64,000 bases of DNA from Cenococcum geophilum (taxonomy: Eukaryota): positions 25,978,001 to 26,042,000 of the forward strand of contig CP158635.1 in assembly GCA_050273025.1 (NCBI GenBank), in the 5' to 3' direction. Positions 1 through 13,130 of the stretch are shown here, in pieces; position 1 is the first letter of the stretch, and every line of letters starts with the position of its first letter. The position numbers and the translations under genes are program-made. The notes beneath the pieces were generated by a model. It saw nothing but the letters and a program-made list of their open reading frames with translations. It searched no databases and was not told where the DNA came from.

Positions 1-995
1 TGGTTATGTGCTATCCAACGTAGTGCGGGTAGGTAGGGGTCCCCTGGCGTTTCCCCTGCGGCTTGCCTACTCTACTTTAACATTTGCTAAAGTCCCTAGT
101 TATGTGGCTTAGTAGGGTCTGAAGTAATTTCCTTAAGGAACCGGCGCCAGCTGTTTCTGCTCTCCTTCCGTATTATCTTCTTAAGCCTATTCTTTAGGGC
201 TTTATAACTCTGTTAGTAGTAGACCTTGTCCGTCTCACTATACTGTCGCCTTGCCCTCCTTAAGCCTATAAGTATCTACGCTACCTCTGGTGACCATTTG
301 CGCCGGGCGTGTTTACTAGGCTAGGCCATTAGGCAGTGCTTATCTAGGCAGTTGCTTATAGTCTTCTAGATATCCTCTAGCGTTGCCTAAGGTATTATTG
401 CTAGCCTATTGGTGATTTCCTGGGTATATTTTTCCTGATCGAGTTTCTAGATGGCGTATCTCTAGCGGGTTTATTGCGCTAGTGCGTTAACGTTAAGGGT
501 TATCCGTATAGGTATATGGTCTGTAGTTATTGCCTATATATTCTCTGGCCCGCAGAAAGCTAGCCGGTCTACTAGTGCTTCGTGTATAAATATAAGGTTG
601 ATTATGCTCTCTTGGGTTCCTCTTTTCCAGGTAGGTTCGCCTATTGGGGTAGTTAGGGCAAGGCCTCGCGTTTCTAGTTTGTTGAGCAGGTGAGTTGCCT
701 GTGCTTCTACTGTGGCCTGCTGTCCTCCCCATGCTGTATAGTGTGTATTGAAGTCCCCTAGGACTATTATCTCGCCTTCTACTATGTTAATTATTTGTTA
801 GAGTAGCCCCCACGTAGTTATCTGGGGCCTGTTATCGCTTAGGTTGTAGACATTAATTATACTAATTTAGCCCCTATTTGTAGCTATTTGTAGTTTAGCT
901 ATGTTAGGGCTAATAGTATAATAGCTCCAGGCCTATATGTTAATGCGTTGGCTGATTAGGAAGCATACGCGGGTAGAAGTCTATTATATTAACCA
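1..995 (-). mobile_element. LINE (Tad1-like) ORF2 fragment, APE endonuclease domain, 5'-truncated and RIP-damaged
   Basis: Minus-strand translation gives TRVCFLISQRI...IINVYN...EIIVLGDFNTHYTAWGG...PTWKRG...TDHIPI (APE motifs NVY, GDFNxHHxxW, DHxPI). This is followed by the linker RRARR...SWRRFL, running toward RT beyond the window edge. Confidence 0.88.
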
Positions 996-1249
996 AGTCT
1001 CTTATAGATCTCCTTTTTAACTTTAATAAAGTGTTAAGAATTCGCGTTATTTGGAGCTTTAATAACCTTGTTTTAAAGTTTATCGTAATATATAGTGCCC
1101 GAAATTCCCTAGCTGATAAGATTCTTATAGCTACAGCTAGGGGGTAGCACTACAATAAGGTCTATAAGTATTAAAGTAGTAAAGGGCTTTAAAGGGGTGG
1201 CAAAATCCCGGTGTCTGGCTGACTAATCTATTATTCACCCTAGATTTTA

Positions 1250-1845
1250 GACGCTATTCTTAGACGAGATTAGTTTTTATAGCAGATACACTAACCCTAG
1301 GTCCTCCGTCTAAGCCATACTAAGTCTTATTTATTCTAAACTTCGTCTTAAAAATATAACGACGAAAATGTTTTGCAGGACTCTACATTCCTTAATAGTC
1401 TGTATAAAATTTTCTAATTATTCCCGTGCACCTACAAAACATTCCTTTACATAATTAGATAGTAGTATTTCCATAGCCTCTAACACATAGCACCCTCAAT
1501 TTGGTAGCGAGTGAGTTGGCTTATCTACCCCTATAGCCTAAGCTTTCTAGCCATCTATACAATCTATCCTTCATTCCGTTACTCTGCTATATATTCCTTA
1601 AGTACTTATTTAAAGGCTTCTCTTTTAAATTTCGCCTCTCGCTCTATATTGCAATTAGTCCAGAAAATTATATTATTAAAGGATATATACTTAGACAGTA
1701 GCGTAGAACCGCAAGTTTATTAGAAAGCTTCTTATAGGCTTTACCAGAAATATTATACGCACCAACTACGTACTTAACACCTTCTTTGTAAATCATATTA
1801 TAAAGGATCTTTAAACTTAATATAGTGCGGTTACTAAGAGGCATT
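1250..1845 (-). pseudogene. RIP-degraded gene of unknown function
   Basis: A long coding-like frame MPLSNRTILSLKILYNMIYKEGVKYVVG...IIFWTNCNIEREAKFKR is broken mainly by RIP-type TAA/TAG. Confidence 0.35.
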
Positions 1846-2304
1846 GCAATATAAATAAGTACAGAGTAATTGCTATTAGTTATACAAACGCTTTCGTTAA
1901 AGTTAGCGGCAAGGACTTAAAATCTTACTACTATAGGGGCGGCTTTAAGAGTTACAAGAGCGGCTATAAAAGTATCCTTAGGATTAGGAACCTCCTTAGG
2001 AAGATATAATATGGTAAGTAACAAGAATATCGGCTCTAGAGGTCTAGACTTAGTGGTCTATTAATATATCGGCCGATGAAACGATAGTATACGCTATACT
2101 ATATGCATATTAAAGACCGGTCAAAGGTTAAGCATACTATACGTGGCTAATGTCTTACTAGAACAATAAGGGTATATATAGGTCTAAACCCAGTACGCCA
2201 AATGCATTAAAAGGCGGCGTTAGCAACTTAATACGGATATATAGTTATATATAGCGAAGGTCAGTAAAGAGCTAACTGTAATATAGTTTAACCCTAATTA
2301 TTTA

Positions 2305-2560
2305 GAAGTAGTAAAAGTATATATAAGCCCAAAATCGGAGGCGCTAATCAACCTAGAAAGTAAGAACGGAATACCAATTACCTGTAAAAAAAATCTATTA
2401 GTAGGCCACTGTAGACATAAAGGCGTTCTAGTAGCTAAACTAGTAAGCCCTAGAGTGCTAGATTATACTAATATCCTCCTAACTCTAAGCTAAGTAATAG
2501 GCTTAAGGTACGGGGCTATATATAGGGGCTTAGTTCCAGTGCTAGTTAATACGCAAAAGC
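2305..2560 (+). repeat. Dispersed ~250 bp repeat, copy 1 (copy 2 at 43203-43455)
   Basis: Both copies share the core ...agtgctagattatactaatatcctc(c/t)taa(c/g)tctaag(c/t)taagtaataggcttaa... in the same orientation. Confidence 0.85.
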
Positions 2561-2699
2561 TAGCACGTTTTAGATTAACGAGTAAGAAAGCGAGTAGTAT
2601 TTAAGGCTTTCTTAAATTAGTAGTTTACCCTATAAATCGCAGCTTAGACTTTAAAATATAAAAGTCTAACTATTTAAGAGGGGTAAAGCAAATGCGCTA

Positions 2700-3760
2700 C
2701 ACTCTAGCTTATGCTTGGGTGCATATTCCCCTAATTACCCTAGTTACCTATCTGTAATAAAACCTGCAGATATTTAGACCGTTACTTATTAAGGCTTTAT
2801 CGTATAACTGGGAGTAATTAGCCAAGTCATAGAGCGCTAGCGTATCCCCCGCTTCTAGCCCTTAAAAATTTAGTATACTTCTAGTATAAAAGTTTTATAT
2901 AATAATAAAAGACTCTATATAAGGCCTTCCCTCCTAAAAATAAACGAAAACCACAGTCTAGTTTTATATAATGAGGTATAGAGCTAGAGACGCGTTTAGT
3001 GGCTTTAATAGAGTGTATCTCAACCTTAGCCATAGAAGGCAATTTTAGATAATACTACGTGCCTTTAAAGGAGGAGCTATACCTTAGCCGAGTTTTCTAA
3101 GGAAGTTTAAAAGCAGTAAGAGGCTTTAAGCTTTAATAAAGTCTATATATAGCTGCTACCTAGAAAGAAAATTCCTCCTAAATAACTTAACAGTTCCTTA
3201 TATATACCTCTCGCAGCCTTAGCTTTTCTACAGCCTCCCTCTCTAAGTCGCCAAGCTCTAGCATCTAGGACATAAAGTCTCCCCACTCTTGCTTAAGATA
3301 TATACGTTTAAGGCATAACTAAAGTATATAGCGATTATCTCTAAGGAAAACCTTATCTAATAGGAAGTTATCTATAGCTTCAACCTTCTTAGGTAGAAAG
3401 ATATAATCCTATTATAGGCCATATACCTTAGATTAAAGGCCCTTATCTAGCGGGGGATTATCTACAGCTTTGAAATTCTTAAATAGAAAGGTCTTGCCTT
3501 CTCTCCGCGCTTCGTAGGTTATGCTAACAAAACGGCTAATATAAATTTTAAAACTACTAAGCTAGTATTAGCCTAAGAAGTAACTAAGATAACTAAGAAC
3601 TAACCTATTCCTCCTACGATTAGTTTTAGTATAGGAGGATTTAGGGTTTAATATCGTGGCTTCCTCTAAGTCATTAGGGCTAATAGGTCAGTCGGGGTAC
3701 TTAGGGTTCAAATATCTCCGTATAGCTTTCTTTAAGTCACTAGGGCTAATAGGTATATCG
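2700..3760 (-). pseudogene. RIP-degraded intron-containing gene of unknown function
   Basis: The frame FKIYISRFVSITYEARREGKTFLFKNFKAVDNPP...LKQEWGDFMS...LEREAVEKLRLREV is present, with an intron-like gttagt...gctaat...tag near 3560-3605. Confidence 0.4.
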
Positions 3761-4719
3761 TAAGATATCGTGTTATACCATTAGTATTTAATATAAAGCG
3801 ACTAAGCTTATAGCAAAACAACGGCAACGTTTATAATACATTCCATAAGAGAGTGTCCCTATTTATATTAGTAAAGGTCACTAAAGCGTTACTATAGTAG
3901 CTTACCAAAAGGAATAGATATATATTAATAAATATAAAGTAAATGCCAGAATATAGTATAAGAATAATCGTAGCGCATAAAAGCTATAACACTTTTAACC
4001 TTCTATATTTTCTCACTATCTAGGTAGAAGCAGTAAGAGTTACACCCAATAATATATTTATTAAGAGACCACCTAAGAAAGCTAATAAACGCCCTATTAT
4101 CTAGTGTTATAGAAAAAATACTAGTATAAAGCCGGAAATTAGGAGTAGAAAGGCAAGTATAGTAATACTAGTAACGACTAGGAAATCCTTATTAAAAATA
4201 GTTTTTAGAATATTTATATAGAATCTCCACAAAAATAGAGCCTAATTTTTAGTTAGTAATTTACTTTAAAAGGCTGTACGTATAAACCTTAATAGCTAGT
4301 CTAGTACACTAGGATAGCTCCAATAATATATATAATAACTTAGCCAAAATAGGAGAGATATTTTTAAGCTAGTAATAAAGGGAGACTCTAAAAGTAGTTT
4401 GGAGAGGGAGAAAGTAAAAAATTATTTAAAAGCGGAGAGAACGCTATAAGGTGGTTAGTAAACAAAGCTATAAAAGCACTACTTAACTAAGAATAAGTAA
4501 ATAAATAAACTTAGCGCCAATAAATACTATAATAGGAAGTTTATATATTGTTTTAAAAAGTAGGGGTATCCTATTAATAAAGAGGTTAACTAAAGCAAAA
4601 AAGGGCAAGAAGGTAATAAGGTAACAAAGTAATAGCATAATAGGGTAGTAGGGTAATAGGGCGGCTATAAGGCTAGGTCATAGCCTAATTCCCTCTAACT
4701 ACCTTTATAGAATATTATG

Positions 4720-4840
4720 CCCCTTAATAGCAATTTCTTAGCAATCCTCTAGGAATCTTCTAGGACTCCTCTATAACTTCTCTATAACTCCTTTAGGACT
4801 CCTATATAACTTATATAGGACTCCTCTATAACTCTAGTAG
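4720..4840 (+). repeat. Degenerate ~11-bp tandem array (ctaggactcct / ctataactcct)
   Basis: The units are directly visible, and a reverse-complement counterpart lies at 8085-8235. Confidence 0.75.
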
Positions 4841-5099
4841 CGCCTTAGGAAACTAGCCTCCTTAAGCTAAAAAAAGGTAGCAAAAGTGGCTAGGGTCTTA
4901 AGATTAGTTTTAACAGCCGTATCTATAATACCGCCTTCTTTTATATACGCCTTCTTAGGCCTTAATATCTCTAAGTACCTCTTTTACTAAGGTATAGGCT
5001 TACTTAGCACACTTTCTATTTCTAGTGCTCCCGCCCTAGCGGCTTATAATTCTCTATTTAATAAGCTTAACCCCTACAGCCTGCACGTAATATACTAAT

Positions 5100-7800
5100 A
5101 TAACACATATTACCCAGATTCTCGCTTATCGCATCTCTCTTATTCTTCCCAATCTTTCCCTATTCTATAGTTTCGCCGACAATAAGCCCTAGTTTTGCCT
5201 TCCTTAGCATCCGCATAACAACTCCTTTAGCATTACAATTCCTCCTAATTATAGGCAGCCTCTTTACTTAATAACGAAGCTTAACAAAGTCCACAACCTT
5301 AAAGATCTGCGCTAATTCCCCCGCGGCACCTAGCAGCCTCCTATGCAAATGACGAGTATCCGTTATTAACTGCAGTAGGGACAGTTTAAAGCCTTCGGTC
5401 CCCTACACAGCAGAAACCATAAATATCTCTCCTATACTAAGCAGAACATGTATTTAGAGGTATAGGAATTATAAGTAACAGAACCTATCCAATCTCCATC
5501 TACTAAAACTTAGGAATCTAGTATAACCCTATACGTCACAATACCTCTAATGTAAAAACGCAGTTACTCTATAATCTCTAAACCTTACTAAAGTAAGCGG
5601 AATACTAAGTATTATTAGACTAAGAATAATATATAAGCCACGGATTGTATATTATCTCTTAAAAAGAAGAGAAAGCCTTTAAAGAAATTTCCTTATCTAT
5701 TCTGCATCCGCTATTTTAGTAAGTTGTATAATATCTAAAAATATATAAGGAAGTTCTATAAAGAAAAGAGTTAACTAGATAAATACTACTATATATATAA
5801 ATAAGAATTCCAAAAACTGTTAAGTTTTACCTAGCATATAAATATTTATAAATTTAAGGCAACGCCCTCTAGTTCTTAAGTAGAGTTTAAGTAATTAGTA
5901 TTACAGCTACGTAGAAAGCTATTCGGGTGTATATTAAGTATAGCACCTTTAAGTTCTCTAGCGGAACTAGTGTAACCGCCTAATTAGAATACGTTTAATG
6001 CTACGCCCTTTAATTATAATTAGGACACATTTAATGCTATACCCTTTAATAATTTACCGGAGCTAATGCAGCCGTTATCCTCCTAGGGCAATTTGAGCTT
6101 ATTAAGTGCGGTAGCTACTAATTCTTTAGCGGAGCAAGTACGGTTATTTTATTAGAACACGTTTAATGCTACTTCATTTAACGATCTACAAGAGCCGATA
6201 TAGTAGCCGCCCCTATAGGATAACTAGAACACTTTAAATATAATAGGGTAAGTATAGTTATTTTACTAGAATACGTTTAATGCTACGCCCTTTAATAATT
6301 TACTAGAACTAATATAGCCGCCATCCTCCTAGGACGATTTAAACCCGTTAAATACGGCACCCTCTAATTCTCCGGCAGAAGTATGGTTATTTTATTAGAA
6401 TATATTTAACGCGACACCCTTTAACCTTCCATTAAAGTTAATACAGTAGTTATTCTCCTTAGAGGGTCCTAGTATAATAAATATATTACTTTCTAATCTA
6501 GACTTAAACATTATAGGCCTAGCGTAAGCCTTTTAAAATCCCCGCTATAGCCTAGCACTAACTAAAGCGTATTAGCGTGACTTATAAAACCACCTCCTAA
6601 GCTCGCTTAATCGCCCTCCTTTTAAACTAAATCTACTTTTAATTATACGCTACTAGTTCTTATCTAGGCTTAAAGTAATATTTAATACTTTAGTAGAGGG
6701 ATATATAGGAGAATCTATAGCTAGCTATAAGCGGTAATCTTTATTCCTTTTATATGCCACTTAATATAGTTACCACTTCTAAACTATATATTTACTACTT
6801 CTAGAGCAATTATTTCTAAACTGCTCTAGAATCTTATTACCAGTTTAATTATTTAGCACTCCGCGCCTAGGATACCCAGTCCATATATATAAAACCACAA
6901 TTACATATATTAGGGAAGGTGGTTTATTCTTAAGGAAAGGTCTTAACTGTAATAGCTAGTGATAGCAAATAAAGCTAGAGGAAGTTTAGTAAATGCGAAA
7001 ATGTTTATAGGGTTTAAGAGTATATATATATTACCTCTATTAGCCTTAATATTTACTATTTTCTTAGTAGCTACTCTATAAGAATATATATTAACCTAGA
7101 ATATCTATATAACATTTTAATCTCCTCCTAAATAATAGTATATAGCCCCTACAAGATCTTTAGCAGAAGCTATTTTTTCCCATTTATAATCAAGCCCTAA
7201 CTCTTTATAGGTTAGAGTAGGTTTAGATAAAAGGCAGGCGGCAATATAAAAGCCATTATCTTAAGCTAAGAAAAGTATTGTTTCAATAGCCTAGAGGAAT
7301 ATTAGTCTTATTTATAAACTTTAAAAATAGCTTACCTTATTTAAGACAATCTCCCTTTTAATAAAGCTTAATAACTCTAATAACTCCGCTAAAGGGGGCT
7401 TAATACTTATAGCTCTTTTAAGAATAAGAAACCCGTCTTTTATAAAAGCTTATAAAGCCTTACCAAGATCTTCTTTTATAGAGAGCCCTTACCCACTACA
7501 TTTAACGACTTCAATATCTATATACTTATTACTTGGTTGTTCTGCCGTTAATTTAAAGTTGTCATTTTACTACTTAAAAATTTAAGCCGCGTGGGGCAGG
7601 TTTAATAGGGTATAGCTATAATCTAAAGCCTCTAGTACACGTAATACTTTACCTAGTAAGATTAATAAATATTATCATATATCGACTTTAATAACTAACT
7701 ATTAATATCTAATATCTCTGGCTTAAATATATATAAGCTTATTTTATTAAACCTCTAGGTAATACTTACCAGATTTAACTGCTTTAAGCTAAGATTAAAG
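5100..7800 (-). pseudogene. RIP-degraded gene or genes of unknown function, with internal ~35-42 aa repeats
   Basis: Coding-like frames with GTAAG introns (~7290-7335 and ~7650-7770) and a repeated peptide EDxGxISSxKLLKGVALNVF**NNxT. Confidence 0.45.
5980..6470. repeat. Degenerate tandem repeat of ~105-130 bp units, 4-5 copies
   Basis: The string ttatttta(c/t)tagaa(t/c)a(c/t)gtttaatgcta(c/t)(g/a)ccctttaa recurs. Confidence 0.8.
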
Positions 7801-8084
7801 AAGACTTAAGCTTAAGCTGAAATAACATCCTTAGAGAAGTGGTTAAATTCTTATATACCGGGAAATACTAGTAGTGAAATCTAGAGGAACGTGCTAGTTA
7901 TAAAGTAGGGGCTACAAAATTGGTGCCTTAATTAGACTGGGGGCAACTAGAGGTCTAGTAGGTATTAAACTCTTAGTTTGAAAATAAGGAAGGTTAGGTT
8001 TAGATAGAAAATAACCTAGTTTAGGTGCTAATATCTATCCTCTAAAACGATAAGTGGATTTTAGAGATAGAGGTCCTGGGGATT

Positions 8085-8235
8085 ACTGTAGAATCACTAG
8101 GGGATTCCTATAGAAGTCCTATAGGAGTTCTATAGGAGTCCTAGAGGAGTTATGTAGGAGTTATATAAGAGTCTTACGAGGTTGTTATAGGGCTGTAATG
8201 GGATTGCTAAGATATTGCCAAGGAATTGCAAGAGG
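8085..8235 (-). repeat. Degenerate ~11-bp tandem array, inverted relative to 4720-4840
   Basis: Units aggagtcctag and aggagttatgt are present, and the flanking ttgctaagatattgcc mirrors gcaatttcttagcaa on the left. Confidence 0.7.
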
Positions 8236-8519
8236 AGTTAATATGAAAGGTAAATTTCTAAAGGTTTAGACTTATAAAATATACCCCAATATAAGAATAT
8301 CTGGCTGGTTTTAAACAGTTTCCTTATAACACCTTTTAGCTAAATTATATCCTCTACTCTATCTATAATTTTAATTAACAGTTTACTATATATTTTAATA
8401 AGCCGACCGCCTAATCTTTTTAGCTATTTTAAAGCTTACGGCAGTTTTTATCCGGGTAGTTATCTCTAAATCACGCCGTAAGCAATAACCCTAGATTGGA
8501 TTAGAAGATCTCTGTACTT

Positions 8520-8637
8520 ATATTTTTATAATATTAGGAGGACATGATTTATAAGTCTCTTAGTATTTTAGGCACTACGTTTTTACTCTATTAATAAAAT
8601 GGCTGTATTTAAGCGCTATTTAAATATAGTCGCATAT
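8520..8637 (-). pseudogene. Small Cys/His-rich fungal protein relic (MCDY..C.H..WC..Y..TH..CPP type)
   Basis: It reads ICDYI*IALKYSHFINRVKT*CLKY*ETYKSCPPNII. Reversing RIP gives MCDYIQ..KCGH...WCLKYQETHKSCPPNVV, resembling a widespread uncharacterised small ascomycete protein (recognised from memory). Confidence 0.55.
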
Positions 8638-9169
8638 TTTATAAGGTAATGATAACGATTTTCCGTCTAGGTAAAGTATAGGCAATGTGTGGATTCTAAT
8701 ATTAGAGCTATTTTGGAATTTATGGTATATATATACTACTTAACACGCGGCCAAGATAGGAGATAATGAAGGAGATGTGTTATAGGAAGGTATATTATTA
8801 GAGTCCTCACTTCTAAGACTAGGTGCATAGCCCCTTATCTACCCTAGCCACCTAAGTTTATTAATTTTCGCCCTATATGCACGCTAAGACATATTTATTC
8901 CATACCCTTATAATAGCGACTAGCAAACCTATCTTATAAATAATACTCCCTTTCTTCTACCTAATCAGAAATTATATAACCGTAGACTAATATAAAAGGA
9001 TGCTTAGCTCTAATCTCTACGCTATAATTCCTAGTATAATCTAGTAATTGGTCTACAGAAGTTAAACCTTATTAGCCTATATTAAGTATATTTACCCTTT
9101 CTTCGCTTTATAGCAATCTCTAGAGTCCTTCTAATCTTTATATACTTTCTAAAACTATTTCTCTTACCG

Positions 9170-10060
9170 CTCTTCTCTAAGTCACGTTCTCCCTATATAA
9201 AGAGAAAGTCAATTAGCAATATTTAAAGCGCCTATTTTGGGGCGTCTTTATAAGGCGGAGGTCTCTAAGGCAAAACGAATAGCACTTATTACTACTACCG
9301 TATACTTTTCCTCCCCTGTATAGAAATATCAGAGACTACACTATGCTAAATTTCTAGGAGATACACTAACGAGCTTTAAAAACCTTTTTAGATAAGAAAT
9401 TTAAAATCTAGATAAAATCGTACTTATTATAGACGATGCTTTTAAAAATAATAAGTATAAGATAGTCTACGACGCACTTAAAGGTATATATCCGCCCATT
9501 AAGAATGCCAAATCTATAATTATTAGTGTTGCAATCTTATCCCTACTAAAAGGTTCTAATCGGAGCGGGCAGTTTCAGCTAGAAAGTAAATATTACTAAG
9601 TATTATAACGATTGCAGGGCTTTATTAACACTAGCGTAGACATTAATAAACTATAGGAGGAAGTCCTAAACCCAAAGCGAGACGAGAGTAAAGAAGCTAT
9701 ATTACTCTATGCGAAATATACTAATTTAGCTAAGTTAAAGTATAATACCTTACCCCCTTAAATCTTAGGATTAATTCTAAACTTTTTACCTAAATAATAG
9801 GTGGCTCTATAAATCCGGGCCTTACTATATACTTTAAACGCTGGCACTGCACCCAAAATACTAAGGGCGTAGGTACGCTAAAGCCTTTACGTACTAGTTT
9901 AAAGCGATTTTGGTTCTTAACAGCATTCCACTTAGCATTTCTTCCGTAGCAAGTAGTAAGACTTTCTATACTAAATACAGGTTTAAAATAAAGGAGGAAG
10001 TCCTTATACCAGAATATTAAGATCATCCAAAAATCTTTCTTTATATATATATTTTCCAAC
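9170..10060 (+). pseudogene. GNAT-family N-acetyltransferase relic
   Basis: Contains FSSPV*KYQRLHY...GDTLTSF...VLIIDD and the C-terminal LTLALHPKY*GRRYAK...SISSVASSKTFYTKYRFK (acetyl-CoA motif A, QGRG-like, plus FYxKxGF). Confidence 0.72.
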
Positions 10061-12090
10061 TATCTATATAGCGTATCCCAGCAAATAAAAGGGAGTTCAC
10101 TAATAATATAAGATATACGGTGGGTAGCATAGAATAACAGAAAGAATTTAAAGACTTTAAAGTAGGTTTCTCTCCTATTTAGACTATCTTTTAAATTGAC
10201 TATAAATAGGACTAAGTCTAGATTAAGCTTAGATCTCTACTGCTAGGCCACCTCTAAAATTTCCCTAAAGGATAAAATAATATTACGGAGGAAGAAATAG
10301 GGGTTATAGAATATAGGATTATCTAAAATAGAAACTAAAATAGGCGGTATATAAAAGGATAGTATATAAAGAATAAACGTAAGTTATATAATAGGATTAT
10401 TAGATTTTATATAAAAGCTATCTATAAGGGAATTTTAAAGGAAATCCTAGCCAGGGAATAGGTAAATATAATATAATACTGCTAGAGTAGCATATAAGCG
10501 TTAGGATTATTATCTCTATCCCTCTTTATAATACTAAAAAAGTAGTTAGATATATACTCTAGTATAGTAGGATACCCTAGCTGTGTTAGAGTTAAATTCT
10601 ATTACACTACAATAGGATAGTTATAGTAGAGAGTTTAGCAAAGGGTCTAGATAGGATAACAATTTATAAATATATTTAGCTTAAGTTTAGGACCAAGTTA
10701 TTATAAAAGAGCTCTCGCTAAGTAGGCTAGCATATGCCATTTGCTAAGCCTAGGCCTTCTATAGTACTAAGCATTTAATTAATTAATCTATTTAGGGGCT
10801 CGGCTGTTAAATTTTGTTATACTAAGAACACACTATATATAATTAGGAAATTATATAAAAAGAACCACACTTTCTTTACCAATCTTAGTATGAAAATAGG
10901 ATATTATAAAGGCGCTTAAAAATATCTACAAAAAGCAGAATATAGTGCTTAAGTATAAAAGGGTAATCTTATTTAACTTGGCCTTTTACTACTAGTTATA
11001 TAAAAGGCGGTTATAGAACTAATTCTAATATAGTAGGCAAAAGTAGGCATATAGAATTGAGCCTAGTTTTATACGCGTGCATATATAGCATTTAGTACGC
11101 ATTATGCCAGGTTAATAGACGCCATACTAACTATAGTAAAAGACTATATATTAAAAAGCTTCTCTAATTCTACCGCTGCTATAATTATAGACGCCTTAAT
11201 TTTTCTTCTTTACTAAATATAAAGCCGACTTTTTTTATAGAGGCTAATACTCACTAGTTATATAGAGTGGGGCGTAAGCTAGGCTAAGCCAATGCCGCCT
11301 AAATTATTTTTATGTCAATCTCTTATCGGGCACTAATGCCTCAAGCACTTATACGCCTATTAGACTTTATAACTTATTTATATTCTTAAATCCTTTTCGC
11401 TCTGCTCTATTTAAGTATACAATCTACTTCTTTTATACCTCTTTAATCTCTTCGTCGCGTAGAAGCTGTATACTTACTATTACCCGTACTAGTTTTTCCT
11501 TAGCTAATAGAACAGGCTGCTAAGTCTATTACGTAAGATATAGCCTTTATTTACTTCTTAACTAGCATATTTCTTACCAGAACCTCCTAGGGCCCATTTC
11601 TATAACAACTTTGACGCCCTTACCCACAATCCTTAGGTCGTTATTCCCCCCTACTTTAGGTCCTTTTTAACAGCGTAAACCTATATAGAGAACGTATACT
11701 ACTCTTAGATAGAGCTTAGCTTTATCTAAATTTATACTATCTATCTACCGGTAACATATTCCCTCTTAAAGTTATACCTCTATAAAATTTATTATATCTA
11801 GAAAGGTCTGTTAAAGCCAAACCCAGTTAAATAAACTTTAAGCTAACTTGGGATTTATATATAGGTTAGAGAGGGAGAAAAGCTAGACTATATATTATTC
11901 CATATATTTAATGCGGTAGATTATAACTAAATAATAACATTTAGAGGCGTATTAATTAGGATCTCTAATCCTAAAGTACCTAAAGGTACTAGACCACTTA
12001 AAGACATTATATAGGATAAATCGTATCCTGTTTCTACTAGGTATAAGGTTAAGGTAATAAATAGCTAGGTAAAGATAATACCTAAGTCCG

Positions 12091-13130
12091 CTAGAGCTTA
12101 AATAAGTCGTATATTAAAACCGCCTCTTAATAACCAACTTAGAGGGTAATAGAGATATCCATGTTTTCTCCCTTAGGAATTAGCGTAGTTAAATATTCTA
12201 TTATTAGAAGTCCTAGTCTTCTTTCCTTTTCCTATTAATTACTGGTCTAAACTGCTTTAGAAAGAAAGTCGCCTAAAAGGGGGATATAATTGGTGGGCGC
12301 GTTTGTAAATATATATTAAATTTCTATAGTATATATTATTAGCACAGCCTTTAATATAACGAAGGTAAATCCTACTTACGTCTATATATAGGCTTATTAA
12401 TACACCTCCGTTTCCTTAACTAATTTAATACTATAGGTTTTTCCCTATCTTCTATAGTGGCTGGTAGCCGTTAGCTTTGTGCTTAAAAGTTCTTACTAAA
12501 GTAGACCTTGCCTTTTAGGAACTTATAATATTTTTAGGATTCTTATAACGGCTCTTTAGTTCCTAAACTATTTAGTATATAATATACATCGGATAGCTAT
12601 ACCTAAATATCCTCTAGGTTAATCCGCTTAACTATAAAGTTAAACGTATCCTTTAATATTAAATTTACCGTCTATATAGTAGGGTTAAAGGCCGCTGCCT
12701 AGGAAATTATCCCGTCAGGACTTAGGCTACAAATCCGCTTACACTTTTCTCAGGTTGCCTACTTCCTTATTTAGGTTACGTCCGAATTAATGACCGAATC
12801 CTTTAGACCGCTAAAGAAAAGTGCTATATTTTTTCCAAATATCCCTTGATTCTTTAAGTTCGATCTAGTAATAGTGTCTTTTCTATTCTCTTATGCCTAA
12901 TTTAACCGCTATTTACCCTCCTTATAAGCCAACTCTATACGTCTTTTTTTAAGTGCTTTAATCTCTACCAGGAGCTTTGCTATAGCCTTAAAAAGCCTTA
13001 TACCTAAATCCTTAATCGTCTAATAGTTGCTTTTTATAGGATACATATAAGAGCACGGGACACTTTTAATAACCTGTTTAAGCTTTTTAGTAAGGTCTAT
13101 AAGTTGTAAGATAAATTTAGTAGTCGCTAT
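12091..13130 (-). pseudogene. RIP-degraded hypothetical protein gene
   Basis: A continuous frame NLKNQGIFGKNIALFFSGLKDS...KCKRICSLSPDGIIS*AAAFNPTI* whose stops are mostly consistent with Trp/Gln codons. Confidence 0.5.

Noticed and set aside
493..732. 79-aa ORF from the track
   Set aside because: It is largely an alternative frame overlapping the LINE endonuclease, whose motifs read in another frame.
995..1250. 3' end of the Starship
   Set aside because: No adjoining Gypsy RT half or clear matching terminal motif is present, so the LINE is more simply a nested insertion.
9790..10059. 89-aa minus-strand ORF
   Set aside because: It is an antisense shadow of the GNAT relic.
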